A stretch of 64,000 nt of DNA from a virus, in IMG/VR virus record IMGVR_UViG_3300009408_000003, positions 32,001 through 96,000 of that record, one strand, 5' to 3'. The first letter of the stretch is position 1, and the number at the start of each line of letters is the position of its first letter. This document shows, piece after piece, positions 1 through 10,000 of this stretch. The position numbers and the translations under genes are program-made. Under the pieces are notes generated by a model. It ran no database searches. It was not told the DNA's origin and was given only the letters and a program-made list of their open reading frames with translations.

Positions 1-3000
1 CGCTATAGCTAAATTAATATCATCTGGACTTTGTTTTAATGCTCGATTAACTACTGTTATTGTATGTTTTAAAACGTTTCCTTCTGGGTGGTGTATTGTA
101 TCTTGTCTTATGTGTTTTAGATTTAAAACACGTTTCTGTAAATCAGTAGGTAGTTTACTAAAAAGCTCTTTAAACGTTCTTATTTGCAATTTATTATTTA
201 TATTAGATTCATTTAAATATCGTTTTTCTTCTTCATTATTAATCCAGTTTCCAATTTCTTTACCTTTTATATTAGCCGGTGCATCTTTCCCAGTTACATT
301 AATACTAAATTTGACAAATTTAGTATAATCTACTTTATTATGATTACCATAATCTATAATTTGTTTATTTGTTAATGTTGTTCGTTTTTGCTGTTTTTTA
401 TACTCAACAATATCTTTTGGTTTGAATTTATCTAATGATTGTAAAAATATTACATTAATAATATCTTTTGTAGTATATCCTATTTTATTTAAAACATTTT
501 CTAATAAATCTTTACTATTTTTCTTTAATAATTGAGCCATTACTACAATATAATCTGAATCATCTATGTATGGTTTATTTATTTTTAAATTTGGAAATGT
601 TAATGATAAAAATTTTAGTTTTTCCATTAAATCTAAATAGGTTTTAGTTGATTTAGCAGATTCTATTGATTTTATAAATTCCATTCTAATTCTATTTGGA
701 CTGACATCCTTTAATGTAGGATCTTTCTTAATTGCAAGTAAGGTATCTGTATCCATGCTTCCACCTAATTTAGAAGTAAATCTAACAGCTCGTAATTTAC
801 GTAAATGATCTTCTGCAAACCTATCTGCTGCATTTCCTACTGTTCTAATTTTTTTATCTTTTAAATCTTTTATACCACCAACTAAATCAACAATTTCTTT
901 ACGATCAATATCATAAAATAGTGCATTAATTGTTAAATCTCTGCGTTTTACATCCCCCTCAATATCAGTATAATCTATTCCAGTTAGTTTACGATTTTTA
1001 CCTATATCAGTTCTAAATTGTGTTACTTCATCGCCATCTATTATAACTGTTCCATATTTTATACTGATAGTATCACATTTTAATCCTTCTTTTTTACAAA
1101 TATCAACCATTTCATCTGCTTTTGCATCGGTTGATAAATCGAAATCATGTGGCTTTTTGCCTAAAATAGCATCTCTAACTGCTCCACCTACTACATATAA
1201 TTTTTTACCGTGTTTTTTAAATGCTTTATCAATTTTTTTAACACTTGCTGGTAATGCAAGATTTAATGTATGTTTAGCTTCTGTAATTATGGTATTTTCA
1301 GTTACATTTTCTTTATTATAATTAGTAATAATACGTTTCATTATTTCTGGCGGAATTTTCTCCGTACCAAATCGTTTAAGTACTATTTTTAAAAATGTTT
1401 CTAATGCTTTATCATCAGGTTCGACACCGGCAAATAATGCTGCTTTACCAGCCCCTTTTAATATAGTTTCAGCAACTACGTGTGGAATAAATTCTTGTGC
1501 AACATGACCGGCAAATGCTATAAGACCATGACCAATTCCGCCAGTTGCAACGCCAAAAAGAGCTGTTGTAACTACTTTTATAGCTACACCTTTTAACGCA
1601 GATTTTTCTTCATCTGATAGATTTTTTCCAGACATGAAATGTTTTGCTGCTATTCCTGCATATTTAAATTCTTCTATTTCTTCTTTTGCACCGTGTTTTA
1701 TCTTAATTAAACTACCTTTTAATTTATCTTTAATAGTTTCTGCTATGGTTCGTCTTAATTTAGACTCGCCATTATGCATTTCTTGCACAAAAAAATGTTT
1801 TTCTTCATCAGACCATGTTTCTAATTTTTTACGTACATCTGCAAATTTATCAGTCGTTTTTTGTTTTATTGTTCCAGATACATTTGATTTAGATTTATCT
1901 GAGGTTGATTTATCAAAAATATTTGGTGTTGGACTTGCAGTTTTTTTACCTAATTTTTTTGTACTGGTGGTTACATAGTGACCACTAGCGTTTTTAGTAT
2001 ATACAGGTGCTGATTTATCCTTTTCAGAACCAACTTTTTTATATCTACCGTATCCAATATGTGTGAATTTGTCATCTTCACTTTCAATTATAATATTTGA
2101 GGCTAGTTCGTGTATATGTTTAAATGATACGTCATCCCATTTACGAGAAAGTTTTAATAATGGAATAATATCTAAATTTATTCGTACTGCAACTATCTTA
2201 GCTTTGTTATTTAATGCATATAAGGCCAACACTCTATGATGACCATCTAAAATATATCCGCCTTTAGAAACTACAATTGGTTTAGATAAATTAGATACAG
2301 ATTTAGTCATTAATGTTTCTACTTTATCTCTATTAATATTTTTTTGTGTAAGATTTAATTTTGATATTGGTATTTTTTCAATTTTATATGAATAACCATT
2401 AGCTTTAATATATTTTAAATAGTTTTTTAATTTACTAGATTCAATTTGTGGCATATCTTTACGAGGAATACCTAAATTTTTAAATCCTGTTGTTATATCT
2501 TCGGTTACTATACTTTCAAAAACGTTTGGTGCTTTTTTAAATAATCTGAATGTTGTTATGCTTCTACCATTAATAGTAGGCATGCCGTGTGCATCAACTC
2601 CTATATCTTTAACTACTACTTTTTTATTTTTGAATTTTCCCATTAAAATAGTATCGCCAATATCAACTGGTAATGTTATATTTTCATTCATGTATAATTC
2701 AAATTCGAACTCAATTTCCCTGTCAGCATGGGCTATTTCGCCAGATAACGCTTTTATTTGTGCTTCTGCATTTTTTTCAAGTTGAGTTTTTAATAATTCA
2801 TAACCAGCTAATGTAGCTTTTCGTGTTGCATGTGCATACCATTTTGTATATGCATTACTTGAATAAATATCAATTTGGTTATTCGGTGTCATAGCTCCAA
2901 TTACACCTGCAGGATAGAATGATACAGCTGTTACTGGGCCTTTTGGATAAGTCGGATAATTCTGATAATCTTCAACATCTTTAGTCATTATCATATTAAT

Positions 3001-3762
3001 AACCTCGTATCCTATTTTTTTAGCTCGTATTGTTGACACTTTAGAAAATGTATCGAACGTTCCAATAAAACTAGATGGCCCATCATCAGCATCAACTGTA
3101 CCGAGCGAGTTTTCATTTAATAACCATTCTTCAATTGTTTCTTTACTAATTTCAACTATTTCATTTAATTTAGATGTAACTAAATTAAAAATTGTTTTAT
3201 TGTAACTAGGAAAAGCTACCGTTTCAAAGAATTTTTTCTTTTCATCTGTTGTTCCTAATGCTAATCCGTTTCTAACGGTTGTACCACTTAATGTACTAAG
3301 TGTTGGCGCGATAAATACATATCCAGCATCTTTATATGGTTCAGTTGGTTTATTATTATCAAGTTTTCTAAAATATTTTCCGCCTAGCCTTGTTGAATCT
3401 TTTTTACCAACTACAGCAACATATGCAGTAGTATTTTCATCAAATTTACTTAAAATTTCAACTGGTTTATATGGATTTCTAATCTGAATTACATTTGATT
3501 TTGGAATATCAAACATAGTAGTTATTATTTTAAATTTTTCTTTAAAATTAAATGGTGATTTATCTTTAGAAACAACATTAGAAGTACCTATATAGATATT
3601 ATTTTTTCCGAATTTTTTAACTAAATATAAATATATTGCATAATGACCATTATGAAATGGCTGAAATCGGCCTGTAAAAATTACAATTGTTCTTTTTATT
3701 TTATCAGGTGTATCTTCTAAAAGTATTTGTTTTACTAAATAATTACTTAATTTTGTATTCAT
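1..3762 (-). CDS. Multidomain (poly)protein, 3' end outside window: HxGH nucleotidyltransferase + unknown domains + ParB-like domain + hydrophobic domain + CCA-adding enzyme + HD-type domain
   Basis: ATG at 3762; I read the frame by hand and found no stop down to position 1. Motifs: FTGRFQPFHNGH and SGTTVR (NTase); RKDMPQI and PIVVSKGGYILDGHHR (ParB-like); LYVVGGAVRDAILGKKPHDFD, RRDLTINAL and RFAEDHLRKLRAVRF (CCA/poly(A) polymerase class II); HHPEGNVLKHT (HD-type). Confidence 0.9.
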   Translation of the reverse strand, partial: MNTKLSNYLVKQILLEDTPDKIKRTIVIFTGRFQPFHNGHYAIYLYLVKKFGKNNIYIGTSNVVSKDKSPFNFKEKFKIITTMFDIPKSNVIQIRNPYKPVEILSKFDENTTAYVAVVGKKDSTRLGGKYFRKLDNNKPTEPYKDAGYVFIAPTLSTLSGTTVRNGLALGTTDEKKKFFETVAFPSYNKTIFNLVTSKLNEIVEISKETIEEWLLNENSLGTVDADDGPSSFIGTFDTFSKVSTIRAKKIGYEVINMIMTKDVEDYQNYPTYPKGPVTAVSFYPAGVIGAMTPNNQIDIYSSNAYTKWYAHATRKATLAGYELLKTQLEKNAEAQIKALSGEIAHADREIEFEFELYMNENITLPVDIGDTILMGKFKNKKVVVKDIGVDAHGMPTINGRSITTFRLFKKAPNVFESIVTEDITTGFKNLGIPRKDMPQIESSKLKNYLKYIKANGYSYKIEKIPISKLNLTQKNINRDKVETLMTKSVSNLSKPIVVSKGGYILDGHHRVLALYALNNKAKIVAVRINLDIIPLLKLSRKWDDVSFKHIHELASNIIIESEDDKFTHIGYGRYKKVGSEKDKSAPVYTKNASGHYVTTSTKKLGKKTASPTPNIFDKSTSDKSKSNVSGTIKQKTTDKFADVRKKLETWSDEEKHFFVQEMHNGESKLRRTIAETIKDKLKGSLIKIKHGAKEEIEEFKYAGIAAKHFMSGKNLSDEEKSALKGVAIKVVTTALFGVATGGIGHGLIAFAGHVAQEFIPHVVAETILKGAGKAALFAGVEPDDKALETFLKIVLKRFGTEKIPPEIMKRIITNYNKENVTENTIITEAKHTLNLALPASVKKIDKAFKKHGKKLYVVGGAVRDAILGKKPHDFDLSTDAKADEMVDICKKEGLKCDTISIKYGTVIIDGDEVTQFRTDIGKNRKLTGIDYTDIEGDVKRRDLTINALFYDIDRKEIVDLVGGIKDLKDKKIRTVGNAADRFAEDHLRKLRAVRFTSKLGGSMDTDTLLAIKKDPTLKDVSPNRIRMEFIKSIESAKSTKTYLDLMEKLKFLSLTFPNLKINKPYIDDSDYIVVMAQLLKKNSKDLLENVLNKIGYTTKDIINVIFLQSLDKFKPKDIVEYKKQQKRTTLTNKQIIDYGNHNKVDYTKFVKFSINVTGKDAPANIKGKEIGNWINNEEEKRYLNESNINNKLQIRTFKELFSKLPTDLQKRVLNLKHIRQDTIHHPEGNVLKHTITVVNRALKQSPDDINLAIA

Positions 3763-3866
3763 ATGATATTATATTATATTATCTAATATATAAATATAAC
3801 AAAAATGAGAACTCGATAAAACTTTACCAAATTCTCATTTTAAAATTTATTTTTATAAAATATTTT

Positions 3867-5483
3867 TTATCTCATTCCAGGAAGTTGCGGCTGTAATACT
3901 GGTGTTTTTTCTTGTTTAGTAGCAATAACACATGATGTCATTAATAGTAATCCGGCAACAGATGCACTGTGTGTTAATGCAAGTCGTGTTACTTTTGTAG
4001 GATCTATAATTCCAGCTTTTAGCATATTTACATATTCATTTGTTCTTACATTATATCCATAATTTTTTTTAGATGCTTCTATTTTACTAAGAATAACATC
4101 TGGCGATATTCCTGCGTTTTCAATTATTATTCTAAAAGGGGCCTCAATTGCAGTTTGTACAATTTTTACTCCTAGTTGTTCATCTTCGGTTAATGTTTGA
4201 TTTATTTTTAGATTTTTCGATGCGTTTATTAATGCTAAACCACCGCCGATTACAATCCCTTCTTCTACTGCAGCACGTGTTGCATGCAACGCATCATCAA
4301 CTCTATCTTTTTTCTCCTTCATTTCAGTTTCAGTAGATGCTCCAATATAAATTATCGCAACACCACCACTTATTTTAGCTAAACGTTCTTGAAGTTTTTC
4401 TTTATCATATTCTGATGTTGAATTTTCTATTTGTTGTTTTATAACACTTATACGAGATTTAATATCAGTTGATTTACCACCTCCGTTAATAAATGTAGTT
4501 GTATCTTTATCAATATTTATTTTTTCGCAAGTACCCAAGTGTGAAAGTGTTGCATCTTCTAATTTTAATCCAACTTCATCAGATATTACTGTTCCGCCAG
4601 TTAAAACGGCTGTATCTTCTAATATTTCTTTTCTTCTATTTCCAAATGCTGGTGCCTTTATTGCTGCTATTTTTAATGAACCTCTTAATTTGTTTACTAC
4701 GAGTGTTCCAAGTGCTTCACCATCGATATCACTTGCAATTATTAATAATGGTCGACCACTATTAGCAACAGGTTCTAGTAATGGTAATAAATCGTTTATT
4801 GTAGATATTTTTTTATCATACAATAAAATATAAGGATTTTCTAATTCGCATACTAGCGTTTCTTGATTTGTTATAAAATATGGTGAAAGGTAACCTTTAT
4901 CATATTGCATGCCTTCTACCGTTTTTACTTCAATTTCAGTACCTTTAGCTTCTTCTACAGTAATTACTCCGTTTTTACCAACTTTTTCCATAGCATCTCC
5001 AATCATTAATCCAATAGTTTCATCATTATTTGCTGAAATTGTTGCTATTTGTACAATTTCTTCTGGTGATGATACTAATTTTGAATTTTTTCTTAGGTTA
5101 TCTACTATATGATTAACCGCTATATCAATACCACGTTTTAATTCAGTTGGATTTGCGCCTGATGTAACTAGTTTTAATCCTGAATTAAATATTGATTGAG
5201 TTAATACAGTAGCGGTAGTAGTACCATCACCTGCTAAATCATTCGTTTTTGAAGCAACGTCTTTTACAAGCTGAGCTCCCATATTTTCAATTGGATCATC
5301 AAGTTCTACACTTTTTGCAACAGTAACACCATCCTTTGTAATATGAGGAGAAGAAAGTTTTTTACTTAAAACTACATTTCTACCTTTTGGCCCTAATGTA
5401 CAGCTTACTGCAGCTGATAATTTATCAACTCCTTGTTTAAGTTTCATTCTTGATTCGTTACCATGTATTATAATTTTTGTCAT
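3867..5483 (-). CDS. groL: Chaperonin GroEL
   Basis: [32 protein letters not shown] and [13 protein letters not shown] motifs; 538 aa. Confidence 0.97.
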   Translation of the reverse strand: MTKIIIHGNESRMKLKQGVDKLSAAVSCTLGPKGRNVVLSKKLSSPHITKDGVTVAKSVELDDPIENMGAQLVKDVASKTNDLAGDGTTTATVLTQSIFNSGLKLVTSGANPTELKRGIDIAVNHIVDNLRKNSKLVSSPEEIVQIATISANNDETIGLMIGDAMEKVGKNGVITVEEAKGTEIEVKTVEGMQYDKGYLSPYFITNQETLVCELENPYILLYDKKISTINDLLPLLEPVANSGRPLLIIASDIDGEALGTLVVNKLRGSLKIAAIKAPAFGNRRKEILEDTAVLTGGTVISDEVGLKLEDATLSHLGTCEKINIDKDTTTFINGGGKSTDIKSRISVIKQQIENSTSEYDKEKLQERLAKISGGVAIIYIGASTETEMKEKKDRVDDALHATRAAVEEGIVIGGGLALINASKNLKINQTLTEDEQLGVKIVQTAIEAPFRIIIENAGISPDVILSKIEASKKNYGYNVRTNEYVNMLKAGIIDPTKVTRLALTHSASVAGLLLMTSCVIATKQEKTPVLQPQLPGMR

Positions 5484-5707
5484 ATTGTATTTAATTAAAT
5501 TTGTAATGTTCTAGTATGTATTTGAATTTTTAATTTTTACATTTTATTTAAGCATAATCTATAATAAATTATATTTTATAATAAAAAATCGCCAGTCTTC
5601 TCTATTATAGTTGAAAATGGAGTTCAACATTTTTAGTTGATAAAATAAATGCTTAAATAAAATGTGAAATGTATTTTTTTTAATTACATTATATAGTCTA
5701 TAAGTTT

Positions 5708-5838
5708 TATTATATATTTAAAAAATAGGATAAGTAAGAATTTATACTTGTAGGCTAAGCTTATAAGCTTATAAGCTGTATTATATATATTTAAAAAAAT
5801 AGTATAAGTAAGAATTTATACTTATAAGCTTATAAGCT
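5708..5838. repeat. Tandem duplicated unit, each copy followed by an AGCTTATA-based palindrome
   Basis: Identical 20-mer ATAAGTAAGAATTTATACTT at 5730-5749 and 5804-5823; perfect palindromes at 5758-5777 (20 bp) and 5821-5836 (16 bp). Confidence 0.85.
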
Positions 5839-6124
5839 AGTCATAAATATATATATAAAAATATATAAAATGTACAAAAAAAATCATTTTTATTGATAAT
5901 TTATTTTTAATACAGTTTTATTACGATATTCTTATTATAGTACAGTATTTTAATAAAAATTAATAAAATACTTTTTGTTTCTTCTTTCACCCAGCTACTA
6001 GTGTAGTACTGTCCAGAAGCGTTAATTCGGGACTACTCATCCCTATTTTATTGTTAATACTTATAATATAAGAAAAAACTACAGATTTTTAATTAAATAA
6101 TATTTTATTGTAGTTTTTTTCATA

Positions 6125-6502
6125 TTATTTAGGCTTTGTTGGGAATATATATGGTTTAGTTTTAGTAATATCACGTAATTGTTGTCTATATGTTGCCCAT
6201 TCTGCTTGTTTATTGGCAGAAATAGGTGAATTTAATAGTTGTGTCCAATCTGATTGTTTTAATAAGTGATTTCTTTTGGCTCTAATTACACTTTTATCTC
6301 TAACTTCTGTTTCAGTTGCAGTTAACGGTTCTTTAGTATGTAATCCATTAACTACTTTACAACGTGTTTCTATTGCATCTAACCACTCTTGTTTAGTTAA
6401 TTCAATAAAAGGTACTGGAATATTTTTAAGTTCCCATACATCTGATGTATAGAACCCTTTATAATAACCGTTTGTTCCGTAATTTCCGTAATATTTTTTC
6501 AT
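6125..6502 (-). CDS. Phage tail (fibre) assembly chaperone
   Basis: KRNHLLKQSDWTQL...WATYRQQLRDIT is the typical tail assembly chaperone signature; lies directly after the tail fibre. Confidence 0.85.
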   Translation of the reverse strand: MKKYYGNYGTNGYYKGFYTSDVWELKNIPVPFIELTKQEWLDAIETRCKVVNGLHTKEPLTATETEVRDKSVIRAKRNHLLKQSDWTQLLNSPISANKQAEWATYRQQLRDITKTKPYIFPTKPK

Positions 6503-6518
6503 TTTTTAATCTTTTTTT

Positions 6519-7049
6519 TTAATATCCTAACGCTACCCAATAACAATCGTATGGACTATCAAGTATTACTGTTGCTCCCGTTGTGCTAATTGAAGAAACG
6601 TAATTAAATCCATTTGCACCAGAGCTATTTCTTATTGTGTTAACAGTTACAGCTTTACACTCAATCATAAATGATGTTGGAAATGTAATATTTGTAGTTG
6701 CACTAGTTCCATTAGCTCTTCCCCATTGCATCATAAATCCATTAGGTAATCTTTGATATCCTGTTGTATTATATGTTCCACTATTTCCAAATGTTAAATC
6801 TGAACCGTCTAATGTTAATCCTCCTGCTATGTTTACTAAATTATTTCCTATATTAGCAGTAGAAGTATCTACAGTTACATATCTACTAGTATCACTATTA
6901 ACTAATACACCAGCACCATTAAGAGTTATACCAGGATTAGCAGTTCTAACTGAAATAGTACTTGTATTTGCAACTGTTGTAATATATGCAGCAGGATTAA
7001 GTGTTGGTGAAGATCCGTAATATCTAAATATATGATGCTGTGCGTATTT
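6519..7049 (-). CDS. Tail fibre C-terminal (gp53-like/H-type lectin-like) domain, out of frame with the upstream fibre gene
   Basis: Frame is open from 7049 (no ATG until 6734). It encodes GYQRLPNGFMMQWG...TNITFPTSF...CYWVALGY, a common fibre-tip domain. Confidence 0.75.
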   Translation of the reverse strand, partial: KYAQHHIFRYYGSSPTLNPAAYITTVANTSTISVRTANPGITLNGAGVLVNSDTSRYVTVDTSTANIGNNLVNIAGGLTLDGSDLTFGNSGTYNTTGYQRLPNGFMMQWGRANGTSATTNITFPTSFMIECKAVTVNTIRNSSGANGFNYVSSISTTGATVILDSPYDCYWVALGY

Positions 7050-10000
7050 CTAATGTTAATCCAATATTAGTAAAACCACCAGAAGGTGATGCTGCATTAA
7101 ATATTAAAGAAGGAATATCCCATACAGCTGAATATAATGTAGTACTTCCAGCCAGTACTGCAGGTGTATCATAATATATATATTGGTTTGCATCAGCATT
7201 AATAAAATATCTAGCTCCATTAAAAAAATAGGATGTATGAATTACATTACTTACAACAACTGATTTATCATGAATTTCGCCAATAGTTGGGTCAGGTAAT
7301 ATTGTATCTGTATTAATTGATAATTTTATAGCATCATTAGAATCTCTAACTATAATAGACTCATTAGATGCATCTAAAGATATTCTATTAAAAGCTGATG
7401 ATAATGTATTTGAATTAAAATCCCAAGAACCTATATTACCACTTGATGCTGAAATACTTCCTATAAATCCAGCATTATTATTATTACTATAAAATACTGG
7501 AGTTGATATTGTGCCATCTGTTAACGTAAATACAGAACCAGTTGCAGCGAAATTACTAGCATTATCAAAAATATAATTTGCTGATTTTAAAACGCCAGTT
7601 GTAATATTATCACCGTTAATTACAGTTGTATTACTACCACTTAATGCAGAGAATGTTGCGATATCTGTAAATTGTAATGAATTGCTTGCGGCAGTAAACG
7701 TTGGGATACCTATATTACCTAAAGCAGTGGTTTCTGTTACATTATAAACCGAAACCCAATACTTACTATCACCCGTAGCAATTGGAGGTGTTTTAGACCA
7801 CTTAGCAGTTAATCCTGAAAATGAGAATGTTGAAAATGTATATGATGTCGCACTTGGAGTTGATGGTTGTGTTAGCGCTGCTAATTGATAGTACACATAA
7901 CCAGTAGTTGACTTTTTAGCATCAGTACCATTTGTACCATTTGTACCATTTGAACCGTTTGAACCTGTTGCACCAGTTCGTGAAACGCCAAATGTAAATG
8001 TTTTTGAAAAGGTTGTGCCTGTCGTATTATCTATTATATTTACAACTACATTACCAGTATCGGCTGTTAATGCACTTTGTGTAAATTTTCGTTGAGATGA
8101 TACGGTGGATTGAGAAGTTGATATTCCACTTGTAGTAACTGTTCCTATACTGTATGTATTAGTACCACTTACAGCATATGTGTATTGAATATTGCCTCTA
8201 AATACTCTAATTTCGAATGAACCGTTTGTATATTGAATGCCACTAAATCCAGATACAGGAGCTGAAAATGTATGACTATCATTTGTTAAAAAAACAGTAA
8301 ACGCATCTGAACCCTCTCGGATACCATTTAAATCTATATTATCAAATGCTAGAACTGCACCGCTTCCGTTCTCTTTAACATTTACAGTCCAATTATCTGC
8401 TGTATTAGATATTGGATATTGAGATGAATTTATTGGAGTATGAGTAGCAGTTGGCGAATATGATTGAACAACAGATGAGCCACTTCTGAATTCATAATAT
8501 GGCGTTGTAAAATTTTGTGCCGTAGCTGTTAATAAAATTGATTGGCCTGCAACTAAATTATCATCACCATCATAATTTACTACATATTTATCACTTGTCA
8601 ATGATACTGCTCGAGCATTATTTCCGTTAGAACCACTAGCACCAAGTTTTGATTTACTAAATGTTTGTATTTTTGAAATATTAAACAAATCGCCACCTGC
8701 GCGCGAACCACTAATTTCATATAATATACTAGCAACATCAGACATCATATTTGATTGATTACTAATCGTTACAAAATCACCAGAATCTATAATAGATCCA
8801 TTTGAGATATTTGTTGGTGTAAGCGATATATTCCATGTACCATTTACTGTGCCAACTCCATCATAACTTAATTCAGTAGTACCTTCATATATATGAATTT
8901 CAGTGCCTGAACCAGCATAGTTACCGTTATTACCGTTATTATCGGTTGGAATTGTATGACTATCATTCGTTAAAATAGATGTTATAGCGTCATATCCATC
9001 TTGACCATCAGAAACAATATAAAATGTTTCATGTGTTTTTGTTATTACATTTGTTTGTGGATCTGTAAAAGTATAAGTTACTTGTACATCTTTTGTTGCT
9101 ATAGCAATATTTTCAGTTAATATATTTCCATCACCGTCATCTACGATTACCGTAATATTTGGATCACTTGTCCCAATATTATATTTATAATAATCTAATG
9201 GATTTACATAGTTTGGTGTAAGTATTAAATCACTTGTATAATTTATATTATCTGTTCCATAAAATGAGCCAGTAACATTTAAAACGGTTGGCGAATATGA
9301 CCAACTTGGATTATCTTTAGTATTTGTATTAACACGGGTTGTATTTAAGGTAGATGATATAATATTTCCGCCTGCTACACCATCGGTTACATCTAATAAT
9401 GTAATTGTATCTAAAACATTTAATGATGCATCTTTTAATGATATAGTTTTAGGTAAATTTAAAGTACCTTGATTATTTTTTAATTGAGTACCGTTAATGG
9501 GTTTAATATAATAAAATTCAGAACTATCACCTGAAGTACCTGGTTTTATTGCCAATAATGTAACTGTATCAAATGCTAATTCTGTTTGATTACCATCTGC
9601 GACACCGACTCTTACATTTATTGGTGAGATAAAATAAGTTGTTGGAATTGTTACTGAAAACTGATCAAAGTTTGAACCCATTCCTGGAGTATAAGATGTT
9701 TCATTGGGTGTTTCAGCTGAATTAGTTGTGAACTTAAAATATGCATTAGTAAAATTTTGAGAAAACGCACTAAAAATAAGTGTTCCACTTGGTGCTGGAG
9801 TATTACCAGCTGCATTATATGTTATGACATAAGTTGCCGCTGATAATTTTACTACTTTTGCATCTATTCCACCAGAACCAGTAATTCCATCAAGTGTTTT
9901 ACTAATAGTAGCAACTAATGTTTGTGTACCTGGCGTACCCTCCGTATCGGTATAATTTATTGGGATATTTATAATTCCATTATTAGCAAACATCACACTT

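Noticed and set aside
110-2785. Plus-strand ORFs 110-328, 1634-1978 and 2558-2785
   Set aside because: Antisense shadows of the long minus-strand ORF 1-3762
5708-5838. Possible CRISPR mini-array
   Set aside because: Only two imperfect units, no regular spacers, no cas genes
5975-6050. Self-cleaving ribozyme or CIRCE element upstream of groEL
   Set aside because: No hammerhead CUGAUGA/GAAA core and no TTAGCACTC-N9-GAGTGCTAA
7915-7975. Short tandem 9-nt repeats
   Set aside because: They simply encode the collagen-like G-X-N tract of the tail fibre
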